Positions 11,340 to 23,039 of a stretch of 64,000 nucleotides of DNA are shown in pieces. Under the pieces are notes generated by a model that worked only from the letters and a program-made list of their open reading frames with translations, ran no database searches and was not told where the DNA came from. The translations under genes and the position numbers were made by a program. The stretch is taken from assembly GCF_004010195.1 (NCBI RefSeq), contig NC_057718.1, forward strand, positions 33,366,699-33,430,698, given 5' to 3'. Every line of letters begins with the position of its first letter. Positions within the stretch are counted from its first letter, which is position 1. Source of the stretch: Chiloscyllium plagiosum. Taxonomy: Eukaryota.

Positions 11340-11770
11340 ACGCCCACGGAGCCCCTTGCACGCTACGGACTGTGGAAGAGCTGTCAAATAAGAGGCAGAA
11401 TTGAGTAGCAAAGTGTTTATTTTCCAGCCTGCAGTGCATACTGGGGGGGTTCTTCCGAGACACCCCCACTAAGTCTGAGGGGAGACCCGCCGCAGGATTC
11501 CGCTGAGTCACGGTGCAGACCCGTGATGAGACCATTGGGTCTATTCTGGTCTCGGGAAATTGCTCCCACAGAGCTCCGGGCCTCGGTCGCCAGTCAGTGT
11601 GATCCCGGGGTGGCTGCTCCCCACCTCCTCATTAGACTCGAAGTGATCATTAGTGGCTTCCTCTCGCCAACGCTGTTGTTTACCGCCTCTAGCAAAATCG
11701 CTCGGCATCCCTCAGCTCCCAAATTTGTTCCCAGTCCTGCCTTCAAACCGCCCGATCGGGACTGGGAATG
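11340..11770. promoter_or_regulatory. CpG-island-like patch; candidate promoter or enhancer
   Basis: About 24 CpGs by hand count in about 420 bp of GC-richer non-repeat DNA against a CpG-poor background; AP-1 site TGAGTCA at 11504-11510. Confidence 0.5.
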
Positions 11771-13616
11771 TTTTGTCTTGGTATGACCTGAGACAGGCGA
11801 GCCATTTCACTGTGGTCAGTATTAGAGTCAGTAACAATTCTGTCCTCATGGTAAATCTGCTGAAACACTTTTCAGGACACCACCAAATATCTACCCGTGA
11901 TTAGAAAATAGCATAGTTTATGCTTACTCTTAACAGCTTAATAACACCAAGGACAAAAATTGCCCCCAGAAAGTTCAACTAGCTCTCACAAGTGGAAATT
12001 CAATTAGTTATTATAAACAATAACAAGCTTGGCATTTAACCAGTATACCAAGAGGGTACTGGAAAAAGTGTTTCTGACAAATTAGTCGTAGCAATACAAA
12101 TTTAAACTTATTTTGTAAGCAATCTATTTAATTTCATTCTCAGACAATCCAGAATCAAAGTATTCAGAAACTAAACATCTAATTCTTTCAGACACAACAT
12201 GGAACATTAATGGATTGTTACTGAATATGCGTCTGTCTATAGGATCAGAGTATTGATGGATGCACAGATACAACTCTATTACAAATCAAGTGCAGTCCAT
12301 GCCAACATCATCATAATGTTTAGTCCATCACTAAAGCATAGCATTTCCAACCATTACTTTAGGTTTTAAATTTTGATTAGTTGCCACTGTCATCTTTGGT
12401 GTTATATGCTCTTGTAACTTTACTAACAATCCAAAAAATGAAGTCTATTCTACCAATTTCACCACAAAATCTTGAACACCAAATGCAAATTTCATTTTGA
12501 AGGGTGCTTTAAAGATGGCATGAGTATCTCATTCAAGACAATGTAGTTGTCAAGTTTAACACTTAAAAGTGAATCTTCTACTAATTCAGAAATGAACCAC
12601 TTGCTTTTCGATGCCAGAGACCAATTGCTCCAAATGCTGCATGTTGAAATATTTACTAAGTGTTTTCCAGCATGGAACAGATTGAATATATGAGAGGGGA
12701 GGGCGGCAAAACCATTCACCAAGTGAAGCTAAACTAAACATTTTAAACATTTGTCAGACAGCCTGCTAGTATTCTCTGCTCATTTTTTAATGCTGGCCAA
12801 AACTGAAGTGTCTGTTGAGGCTTTGGTAACCTGCAGACTCTGCTGAAAGGATGATGTTGAGCATATTGTCTGGTTGTCAGTGTAATGTTATTCTTTAAGT
12901 TGCCGATAAACCAGATCTGTGATAGCGACATTGCTTGAATCATTTTATTTTAAAATAATAACCTGTTCAGGTACGTTATAACATATTTCTGGGACAGGTG
13001 GGACTTGAACCCAGACCAACTAGGCCAAAGGTAGGGCATGACAAGGCCATTAGAATCATAGCTACATACCTCTGTTTATTAATAAATGATGGAACAGGCT
13101 TGAGTGTCTAAACAACCTCCCGTTGTTCCTATGTTCTGAATGGTTACAGCCCTGCCTTGCTACCAATTATGGAGTTCTTTTTTGGCTGCCATTCCCCTGC
13201 ATAACAGCCTTTCCGGTACAAAAAATACATTATTGAGATGTAAATCATTCCTGGGTGTAGCTACACGTCATTGCTTACCAGAATTCACGATGTTAGGAAG
13301 GTTTCTTTCCAAATTTTCCCTGAAGATTATCACAATTAGAGTCCTAAGGCAAGATTTTCAATGAAGCAGGTGAAGATAAAACAACAATGGCAAAGTGTAA
13401 TAGCTTAATGATGCACTTTCGGTAAATCCGGTTCCGGCTTTAACTGATGCCATCTTTAGAAAGATCAGAATACTGAGTTCCTCCACTTCAGAGCATGATT
13501 ACTCACCTCCATTTTTTACTGCATCTGCACCTCATTTTCCTCTTTGTGTGTTGTTGACTTTGCTCACAGCCGAGATGACTAGATTCTCCTTATACCTCTC
13601 ATAGAGTCAAACAGCA

Positions 13617-14299
13617 AATCATCCGCCGACATTTCCGCCACCTCCAAACGGACTCCACCACCAGGGATATATTTCCCTCCCCACCCCTTTCCGCCTTCCG
13701 CAAAGACCGTTCCCTTCGTGACTACCTGGTCAGGTCCACGCCCCCCTCCAACCCACCCTCCCATCCTGGCACTTTCCCCTGCCACCACAGGAACCTGCGC
13801 CCACACCTCCTCCCTCACCTCTATCCAAGGCCCTAAAGGAGCCTTCCACATCCATCAAAGTTTTACTTGCAAATCCATTAATATCATTTATTGTATCCGT
13901 TGCTCCCGATGTGGTCTCCTCTACATTGGGGAGACCGGACGCCTCCTAGCAGAGCGCTTTAGGGAACATCTCCAGGACACCCGCACCAATCAACCACACC
14001 GCCCCGTGGCCCAACATTTCAACACCCCCTCCCACTCTGCCGAGGACATGGAGGTCCTGGGCCACCTTCACCGCCGCTCGCTCACCACCAGACGCTTGGA
14101 GGAAGAACACCTCATCTTCTGCCTCAGAACACTTCAACCCCAGGGCATCAATGTGGACTTCAACAGCTTCCCCATTTCCCCTTCCCCCATCTCACCCTAG
14201 TTCTAAACTTCCAGCTCAGCACTGTCCCCATGACTTGTCCGGACCAGCACCACTGATCCAGAATCTGGTTTCCAGCATCTGTAGTCATTGTTTTTACCT
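13617..14299 (+). mobile_element. Penelope-like element 3' fragment with GIY-YIG endonuclease ORF (13718-14200)
   Basis: FTCKSINIIYCIRCSRCGLLYIGETGRLLAERFREH..VAQHFN..RRLEEEHLIF..QPQGIN; ends in the pLTR terminus gtcattgtttttacc; inserted into a short CR1 3' tail. Confidence 0.92.
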
Positions 14300-14329
14300 T
14301 CGGTCCAACCAGTCCATGCTGACTATAGT

Positions 14330-14590
14330 CCCAAACATTTTACATTTTTTTCCAACATTTTACATCTTTATCTTTCCCTTACCACCATGAGCACATCTCG
14401 TGTTTTGCTCTGGGCATTCTCAGAATTTGTTCCACTCACTCCTTCTCCCTATCTGTCGACAACATTAAAAAAAAATGTTCCAGCCCCTTTCAATTCTGAA
14501 GAGGTCATATTGGACTGGAAACGTTTACTCGGTTTCTCTCTCCACAATGCTGCAAGACCTATTGAGTTTCTCTAGCACTCATCTGAATTT
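14330..14590 (+). mobile_element. PLE pLTR (family B) with decayed hammerhead
   Basis: ttCTGAAGAggtcatattggactgGAAAcgtt at about 14494-14525, followed by ctctccacaatgctgcaagacc. Confidence 0.6.
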
Positions 14591-17589
14591 CAGGAAGGTC
14601 TACCATGAATGACTCTGCAAATCAAGGTCTAATTACCCACAAGGGATCCTGATTGTTACTTTGGGATATGATTGGGCAGAACATATGTTAAGATCAGTCA
14701 TCCCTGTTTTGCTTTGCTAGACCATATATAAAAATATCATTAAATGAGTAATTATAGGTATTTCCTAGTCAACATAGTCAGAGATGTTATTACACACTTC
14801 TGGAGCTGGTAGGACTTGAACCCAGGCCTCCTAGCTCATAGATAGGGAGACTACATCTGGACCAATAGCCCCACTTCCATTAGGTGCATAATTATGAGCA
14901 CATCAAACATGCACCATTATTTCTAGTATTCTGCATAATACACAATGTCTCTGCAGTTGTTTTGCGTGTTTGTTTCCTGTTTGTGAGGACGAGTTTAAAA
15001 AGTAGGGTTTAATTATTTTATGGATCCCCATGAGGTTTCCTCCCAGATCCACAAAAACAATATTGGCTATTACTGCAGCTTTAATTTGTCTTTGCTGTTG
15101 CTGAAAAATTGTTTCATCCAATCTTTCACAGGCACTTAAATTTCCTGTCTCCCAGGGCAGGGGAATGGGTCTGGGTGGGTCGGTGTGGTCTTGTTGGGCC
15201 AAATGGCGTGATTCCACACTGTATGTATTCTATGATGAAGAAAGGTTCAAGGGTAAAGGAGTTACTTGGGCAAACAGATGTCGAAAGTTTAAGCGTTCTC
15301 TGAAACTTTGATTTTCTCTCTCTATTTGCAGGTAATCTTCAAATAGGCTTTTGCTTGTTTTCCAATTAACTACTTCCACGAAGTATTGTCTCTGGACTAA
15401 TTCACATTATGGCTGTTTGGTCTGAAAGATTATCCTTTTATCTGATTGAATCAATGTAAAATTACTGCCACATTATTAAACAGAATATTGTTTCTGCACT
15501 CAGTGTAGTCAACACATCAAGAAATGTGACCCACTGTAGCAAGAATTCCAGGACTAGGTCAGTGCACATGCAAGTATTTATTTTTTGCTGCACGCGACGT
15601 TTCACTACTGCATATATAACACAAAAACAGTTGGAATAGCCACACCCAGCAAAGAGTTGACTTTAATGATGATTTATCTAACCATAAATGTGCAAACGTG
15701 ACCACTGTCCTTCTGAAACCTAGCCTCACATCTACTTTATTTTTGTGTAATGCTCTGTTTATTCTATGGAATTGTCGCAGCTATGAGATTGTTTCCATTC
15801 GGCTGGGAAAATGAATCGAGTAGGAGATTCAGATTTTAAGTCAAATTTTACTTGTTTGTGCAGACAAAGAACACACAGCCTGTAAACCAGATAATTCCAG
15901 GGCATAATTTTGTTTGTACTGCGTCCAGTTTATTTATGGACTGGCCGTATTTCTGTTTACTTTAAGTGGTAGGTAAGGATAAGCAGAATAACACAAGTTT
16001 CTAAGCAACAACTGAGTGATTTAAGATTTTAATGAAATTCTAGTCAATCTGTTCAGAGATGTTATACCCAACTCTAGAGCAAGTGGGACTTGAACCTGGG
16101 TCACTAGCACTGCATCACAAATGCCCTTCCAGCCAGGATTTGTTTAAATTGTTAATGTCCATCAGTCAAGTTTGGTGGGTGATTAAGTTGCCAATTATGT
16201 TGTATTACTCTCATTAAATCTGGTAAACCGAACTATGTTCAAATTTTAGTTCTCATTTTGACATCAGTTTGTGTCATGTTATAGAAGAAAAGTGTTGAAT
16301 AAAGTATATCTATCTCTTGATCTCCTACAAAACTGATTACCAACAACAGAAGTCCTAAGTTGCAACGTTTACACTTTTCACAACTTCACAATGTGCCAAA
16401 ATACTTTACAACCATTTAAGTACTTTTTAAAGTATTGTCACTGTTTTAGTGTTTGAAAAGAACAGCCAGTTTACAGACAGCAGTGCGATTATGACCAGAT
16501 AATCTGTTTTGAATGATGCAGGTTCCAGGATAAGTTTTGGCCTGGACATACAAATCCCCTGCCCCTGTTTGAAATAAGAGAGGGCCATTGGCGATAGAAG
16601 TCTGGAAATACTCAGTAGGTCTTGTAGAATCTGTGATAAGAAAAACAATTGACATTTCAGGTTCAACATTTGTTTAAGATTTACACATATGCATCATTTT
16701 TATTCTGAGCAGACAGAGACTTGGTTTAAGACTTTGTCTGAAAGAGCAGATTTTCTGCAAGTGTTTACTATTCTAAGATGACGTGCAACTATGTTTATGA
16801 CCTGTACTTTTAGGGTCAAAATCCAACTGTTATGAAGGACACCTCCAGAAGTAAATGAGAAGGTAATGCGGCTGCTGAGTGGAGTTTACATATTGGTGTG
16901 TGTTTGCAGCTCTAGTACTCCCAAAAACAAGCATAACATTTGAGTTCATTTGATTGCACTCTTGCTTCTGAGTCACAAGCTGTACTCAACATTCACTACA
17001 GAAAACAAAAACTGACGCTCAAGTGCAGTTTTGAGTAGGTGCTTCACTGTTCTAAGTGTTGTATTTCAGATAAGGATATGCCAGCATTAGGTGGGGGGGC
17101 TGGGGTTAAAAGATTTTGATCCAGTGACAGTGATGTAACAGCAATATATTTCAAGTGTAGATGGTTTATAGCTTGGAGAGGAACTTGCTGGTGTGGTGTT
17201 CCCATATATTTAGTACTCCTGACTTTATAGATAATGGAGACTGTGAGTTGGAAAGTGATGTCTAAGGAGTCTGGGTGAGTTACTGCATAACATCTTGTAG
17301 GTGGCACATACTGTTGGCACTTGTTGCCATTGGTGAGTGGAGTGAATTTTGAAGGTGATACACAGGGTGCCAACTGAGCAGGTGGCATGATCCTGAGAGG
17401 TATTGAGCTTCTTGCGTTTTTGGGGCTGTACTCTTCCAGGCCTGCAGAGAGTATTCCACCACACCCCTGACTTGTGCCCTTATCATTGGTGAACAGAAGA
17501 TAGGAAGTGAGTCACTGCAGTATGTCTAGCACCTGACCTGCTTTTACAGTCACAGAATTTATGTAGCTGGACCAGTTCAGTCCTCGTGA

Positions 17590-17898
17590 CACCATCCTCA
17601 TGACCTGTCCTACCTGCCAATCTTCCTTCCCACCTATCCGCTCCACCCTCCAATCCGACCTATCACCTTCATCCCCACCTCCATCCACCTATTGTACTAT
17701 TAGATACCTTCTCCCCAGCCCCACTCCCCTCCCATTTATCTCTCCACTGTGGAGGCTCCCTGCCTCATTCCTGATGAAGGACTTTTGCCCGAAACATCGA
17801 TTTTCCTGCTCCTCAGATGCTGCCTGACCTGCTGTGCTTTTCCAGCACCACTCTAATCTTGACTCTGATCTCCAACATCTGCAGTCCTCACTTTTGCC
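17590..17898 (+). mobile_element. PLE pLTR (family A) with hammerhead motif at 17767-17802
   Basis: attc-CTGATGA-aggacttttgccc-GAAA-catc-gatt, followed by the family A arm; flanked by agttcagt repeats. Confidence 0.85.
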
Positions 17899-17998
17899 AA
17901 GTTCAGTTTCTGTCAATGCTAACGCCCCAGGATGTTGGTAGTGTGAGATTCAGCAAGGTAATCTTATTGAATGCCAACAGGCTACTATTAGAGTATTG

Positions 17999-18894
17999 GG
18001 AGAAAGTGAGGACTGCAGATACTGGAGATTAGAATCAAAAAGTGTGGTGCTGGAAAAGCACAGTAGGTCAGGCCACATCCAAGGAGCAGAAGAATCAAAG
18101 TTTCAGACATAAGCCCTTCATCAGGAATGTCGGGGGGGTGGAAAGGGATCTGAGAGACAAATAGGAGGGTGAAGGTGGATGTGAGGATGGTAGCTTGGAA
18201 CTCAATAGGTAGACACAGGTGGGAGTTGATGGTGATAGGTCAAAGGGGAGGATGGAGCTGTTGGTGGGAAGGAAAATGGCCATGTAGGACGGGTCAAGTG
18301 GGTGGTGCCAAGTTGGAGGGTTGGATCTGGGATGAGGTGGGGGGGGGGGAAGAGGAGAGATGGGGAAACAGGTGAAGTCGCTGTTAATGCCATGTGGTTG
18401 GAGGGTTCCAAGGTGGAAGATGAGGTGTTCTTTCTCCAGTCATTGGGTGGCTTGGATTTAGCAATGGAGGAGGCCCAAGACTTGCAGGTCCTTGGCAGAG
18501 TGGGAGGGGGGAGTTGAAGTGGTCAGCCACAGGGCTGTGGGGTTGTTTGATGTGTATGTCCCAGAGATGTTCCCTGAAATGTTCTGCAAGTTGGCGTTCT
18601 GTCTCCCCAATGTAGAGGAGACCAGATCGAGAGCAATGGACACATTAGAAGAGGTGTTTGGATGTGCAAGAAAATCTCTGCTGGATGTGGAAGGATCCTT
18701 TGGGGCCTTGGTCAGAGGTGAGAGGGAGGTGTGGGCCAGATTTTACACCTCTTGAGGTGGCAAGGGAAGATGCTGGGAGTGGAGGGTGGGTTGGTGGGGG
18801 CCATGAACCTAACGAGGGAGTCACAGATGGAATGGTCTCTGCAGAATGCAGATAGGAGTGGGGAGGGAAAAGGTAGCAGAAATGGTAGAGGATG
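17999..18894 (-). mobile_element. Penelope-like element: pLTR plus decayed GIY-YIG
   Basis: Antisense homolog of 13617-14299 (HSAKDLQVLGLLH; QGPKGSFHIQQRFSC); 11-bp TSD ttagagtattg at 17988-17998 and 18895-18905. Confidence 0.9.
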
Positions 18895-19007
18895 TTAGAG
18901 TATTGCTCACATGTGAAGCTGTTCTCAAGGTCTTGCTGCAAGTGGTGCTGAACATTATGTACCCAGCTAAAGATGTTTGGGCCTAGGAAACTACCCTGAG
19001 GAGCTGA

Positions 19008-19122
19008 GTGCTCCTGTGGTGCAGTGTTAGTGCCCCTACATCTGGACCAGGTGGCCTGAGTTCAAGTGTCATCTGCTCTAGTGTTGTCATAACATCTGTG
19101 AACAGGTTGATTAGAAAATATC
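19008..19122 (+). mobile_element. Short (about 115 bp) tRNA-derived SINE; other copies at about 9735-9830/10122-10140 (+) and 12960-13045, 14770-14865, 16045-16125 (-)
   Basis: tgtggtgcagtgttag (A-box-like)..gagttcaagt (B-box-like)..cataacatctgtgaacaggttgatt, shared among five copies. Confidence 0.6.
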
Positions 19123-19976
19123 TATCCTGAGGAACACCAGCAGCGATGTTCTGCAGCTGAAATAATTGAGCTTCAACAACCACAATGATCTTCTTTCCGT
19201 TATGTGTAACTCCAACCAGTGGAGCATTTTCCCTTATTCCCATTGGCCTCAGTTTTGCAAGGGCTCCTTGATGCCATATTCAATCAAATGCTTTCTTGAT
19301 GTCAAGACAGTCTTATCTCACCTCTAGATCTCAGCTCTTTTATCCATGTTTGAATCAGGTAATGAGATCAGGAGTTGAATGGCAGAATCCAAATGGTGCA
19401 TCAGTGAGCAGTTTATTCCTTTATGTGCCACATGATAGCACTGTTGATGTTTTCTGCTGCTGTGCTGATGATTGAGAGTAGATTGATGCCTTCACTGCTG
19501 TTGCTGGAATGTTTTCAGTGCCATTGCCTTTGCAGTAGCCAATGCCTTCATCAATTTTTTGATATCACATGGAATGAATCAAATTGGTTGAAGACTAATA
19601 TCTGTGATGCTGTGGATCTTAGGAGGAGGCCAAAATGCATTATGAGGCTGTAGATGATGGTTGAATCCAGTTCTGCTAATGGCCCACAGTGCTTTATGGA
19701 TGCCAGATTTGGGTTGCTAGATCAGTTTGAAATCTCTGCTGTGTCATTTCGTATGGTGGTATATGCCACAAAATATAATGGCAGGTATACTCAACATAAA
19801 GATAGGACTTCATCTCCACAATGACTCTGTAATTATCAAGGAAAGATGCATCTGTGACCATTAAATAGGTAAAATCATTAACATGCAAATTTTTCTCTTG
19901 TTGATTACTTTGTCCAAATCCAGTCTAGCAGTTATGTACTTTAAGACCTGATCAGCTTGGTCAATAGTGGTATGAG

Positions 19977-20178
19977 GAGAAAGTGAGGTCTGCAGATGCT
20001 GGAGATCAGAGCTGAAAATGTGTTGCTGGAAAAGCGCAGCAGGTCAGGCAGCATCCAGGGAACAGGAGAATCGATGTTTCGGGCATAAGCCCTTCTTCAG
20101 GAATCGCCCGAAACGTCGATTCTCCTGTTCCCTGGATGCTGCCTGACCTGCTGCGCTTTTCCAGCAACACATTTTCAG
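19977..20178. mobile_element. PLE-derived palindromic mini-element (family A), young
   Basis: Near-perfect arms of about 73 bp (gctgaaaatgtgttgctggaaaagcgcagcagg...); hammerhead CTGAAGA-aGGGC-ttat-GCCC-GAAA on the minus strand; exact 15-bp TSD caatagtggtatgag at 19962-19976 and 20179-20193. Confidence 0.92.
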
Positions 20179-20559
20179 CAATAGTGGTATGAGCAAACTA
20201 ATTTTGATGATGGACATTAAATCTCCTACCCCGAGTATATTCCATGCTGTTGTCACCCTTAGTGCTTTCTCCAAGTGGTGTTCAACATGGAAGAGTACAG
20301 ATTCAGCAGCTGAGGAGGAGGCTGCAGTAGGTGATAATCGGATAAGGAAACCTCCTGCTATGTTTCACCTGAGGCTCAGTAGCTTCATGTCCTTGTGTCC
20401 AGAAGGGTCATCAATGTTGACAGTACACCAGGTATTACCTTTCCAAATGCACACACTGTCACACCGTTGTTGGTGGTCTGTCCTGCCAGTGTGACAGGAC
20501 ATATTCAGGGATGGTTATGGTAGTGTCTGGAATATTCTCCTGCAGGGTATAATCACATG

Positions 20560-20780
20560 ATGAATTTCTTCAGCCAGAGAGTTGTGAATCTGCTGCAGAA
20601 GACTGTGGAAGCCAAGGCATTGCGTATTTAAAATAGAGGTAAATAGGTTGTTGATTTGTAAGGGAGTTAAAGGTTACAGAGAGAAAGCAGGAAAATGCCT
20701 TTGAGAAAAATTTCAGCATGATTGAATAGCAGAGCAGACTCAATGGGCTGAATGGCCTAATTCTGCTCCTATAGCTTTTG
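20560..20780 (+). mobile_element. Old CR1 3' fragment
   Basis: aatttcttcagccagagagttgtgaatctg..tgggctgaatggcctaattctgctccta tail. Confidence 0.7.
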
Positions 20781-21464
20781 GTCTTTTGGTTGAGTTCACT
20801 GTTAGCCTTTCCAGTCCCTAGGTGGATGCTGAGTGATCCATCCAGTTTCATTCCTTTCTTTAGACTTTGAGCAGTGATTACTACTTGTCCAATGATATTA
20901 CCACAATGCAGCCCCTCCTCTTGCAAAAGATTCCATGGAGATATTTTTAAGACAGGCATGGAGAACTACTCTTGGTGTCCTCGTCAATATTTATCCTCCA
21001 TCAATGTTACTAGAACAGATCAGTTGATCATTAACATCACTATTTGTGGGACCTTGCTATATAACTGTTTGTGTCATGTTCTCTGCAATACAGAGGTGAC
21101 TACAGGTCAAAAGTACTTTCGAAGTATGTGTCTCTGATGGACATTAATGACTGAAGCATTGGGCTGAATCTCACACTTTTTGGCAGTGTCAATTTTGTGA
21201 AGTTTCTTGGAGCATTACTCTCTGCGAGGCTGATCAACTTTTCTCAGTGCATCTCACTGAACATACCTCATTAACAACCCTCCACTGCTAGGATATCCCA
21301 GAATGAACTGGCATCCCTGGCACTGCCACCTGTACATGGCCTTTGTGCCCATACTCAAGCATTGCCAATCAAAGCTGCCCTGCACAGTACCTGACATATG
21401 CCTTGGACGTGGGAGATAAGGAGGAATTTGGTGTGCTGCATTGTGAACAGGGAGCTTGAGGTCC

Positions 21465-21596
21465 TTCTGAGGAAGGGTCACTTGACCCAAAACGTTAACT
21501 CTGACTTCTCTCCACAGGTGCTGCCAGAGCTTTTCCAACAATTTCTGTTTGTGTTTCTGATTTACAGCATCCAGTTTTTTTTCAGTTTTTACCTAC
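21465..21596 (+). mobile_element. PLE pLTR fragment (family B) with hammerhead motif
   Basis: CTGAGGA-a-GGGTC-actt-GACCC-aAAA-CGTT; flanked by aggtcct direct repeats. Confidence 0.7.
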
Positions 21597-21776
21597 AGGT
21601 CCTGATCGGTGAATTGCTAAGGAGGCAGGACTCTATCCCTTCACCCTAGGAATACCAGTGGAGGTCATGGTATCAGACCCTGCCAGTGTGGTCTGAGGTA
21701 GCCACCCAAGAACATAGGCATGGCCATTGGAAGGAATGCCCAGCATTACAGAAAGAAGGTCAATGACCATCTCCAC

Positions 21777-22356
21777 TGTTATGGGCCAGGCCAGACCCTC
21801 TCAAAACATTTTAAGAAGGTAGGCCAGACTATAACTTTGTTCTTAGGCAGATGTAAAGTGGATATTCCAGGAGTAATGCAGCTGGTCAAGCCACTCAGCT
21901 TTATACACAACAGAATCTATTTAAACATTATGGATGAAACATAAATAAAAGAAAGCAGAATTTAGCATAACTCAACCAACTGCTCCAATTCTCAAACATC
22001 CCTTGGCAAATGGTAAGTTCAAACACAGGTTCTTACAGGCAGGAGAGTTTTCAGAGAGAAAGTTCAGGCAAAACTTCTATTGAAGCATGGAACCTTTTCT
22101 CACTGTAGCTGCTTCTCTGCTACCAGCAATTTTCTGACTGCTTGCCTAAAACTAAACCAAACTAGAAAAAGCTTGAACTGGGAGAACTGGCCATTCCCTT
22201 TTCATTGTACAATTGTTTTAAAAAGTCCCTGAAGTCATCCTCTGATTGTTGACTTAGGCAGTGTCTGTTAGCCATTTCAGCACCACTGACATAACAACCC
22301 CTCTTGGAAAATGCCAAGGAAAACATAACCTTGTTAAAGGGGGCAACATTGTCACA
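21777..22356. mobile_element. Putative solo LTR
   Basis: About 580-bp non-coding block bounded by TGTTA..TCACA that interrupts the Myb frame; no clean TSD found. Confidence 0.45.
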
Positions 22357-22500
22357 CTGGTCTATCAGTGTAAATGGCACCACTTTCTCTCTGATATCCG
22401 ACACTCTCTTTCTCTGCTACTGCACCCACCTCCCACAAAGGTTCATGTTCTACCACTTTGTGATTGCCTGCATAATCTTCCCTCTCACCTATTGTAATAT

Positions 22501-22501
<1 letters not shown>

Positions 22502-22534
<33 letters not shown>
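22502..22534. repeat. Poly-C homopolymer (33 nt)
   Basis: Direct reading. Confidence 0.95.
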
Positions 22535-23039
22535 ACCCCTCCACTACAACACTAACACTGCATGCCTTCTATATTGCCATCTCACATGCTTGGGACACCT
22601 CTCCATCTTTACCAGAAGTAACAGCTGTGCCATCCACTCGTCTCCCTTAATCCTTCCACTCTCTAATTCCACAGGGGTAAAAGCCCACAATAAGGCTGAA
22701 AATGTCAAGGCAGGTGATCAGCTCTCCACATTTGGCTCTTCACCATTTATAAAGAGAGCATCCTAAACCTTACAGCCCTGAGTGACTGAATGCATCAGGA
22801 CTTAAATTGGAGGCTATGTATGTAAACCACACACTGGATACTGTCTCCTTTGGCCTGACTGAGACTGCAAGTTTAAGTCTCTGGCTGAGGAGGAGAATCG
22901 CAAAATGGCAGGGCAGAGATGCTGTGGGTATCCAAGTAAGCTCAAGGTGAGTGAGTGTTAAATACTTCATTGACTGTTAAGCATTTTAAAATGCACAGTA
23001 GTTGTGAAAGACACTAGATAAAAGTTTATTTTCTTTCTA

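Larger units (their letters stand above)
17100..20550 (-). mobile_element. Old LINE family B, fragmented, hosting several nested PLE and SINE insertions
   Basis: ORF pieces IRAQVRGVVEYSLQAW..KTQEAQY (17280-17486) and VVVEAQLF..IAAGVPQ (18983-19243); EN-region DNA at about 20200-20550. Confidence 0.7.
21161..23030 (+). mobile_element. PIF/Harbinger remnant with decayed Myb/SANT gene, interrupted by a PLE fragment and a putative solo LTR
   Basis: Begins gggctgaat; decayed RELEVLL..QTLPVWSEVA..GRNAQHYRKKVNDHLH (SANT/Myb-like) and a second-exon-like KAHNKAE segment at about 22676-22770. Confidence 0.6.

Noticed and set aside
13718..14200. Open 160-aa GIY-YIG ORF as a domesticated nuclease gene
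   Set aside because: 5'-truncated PLE fragment with a non-ATG start, nearly identical to another decayed copy at 45625; no sign of promoter or splicing.
22304..22555. Poly-proline ORF
   Set aside because: Translation of the 33-nt poly-C run; homopolymer length may also be a sequencing error.
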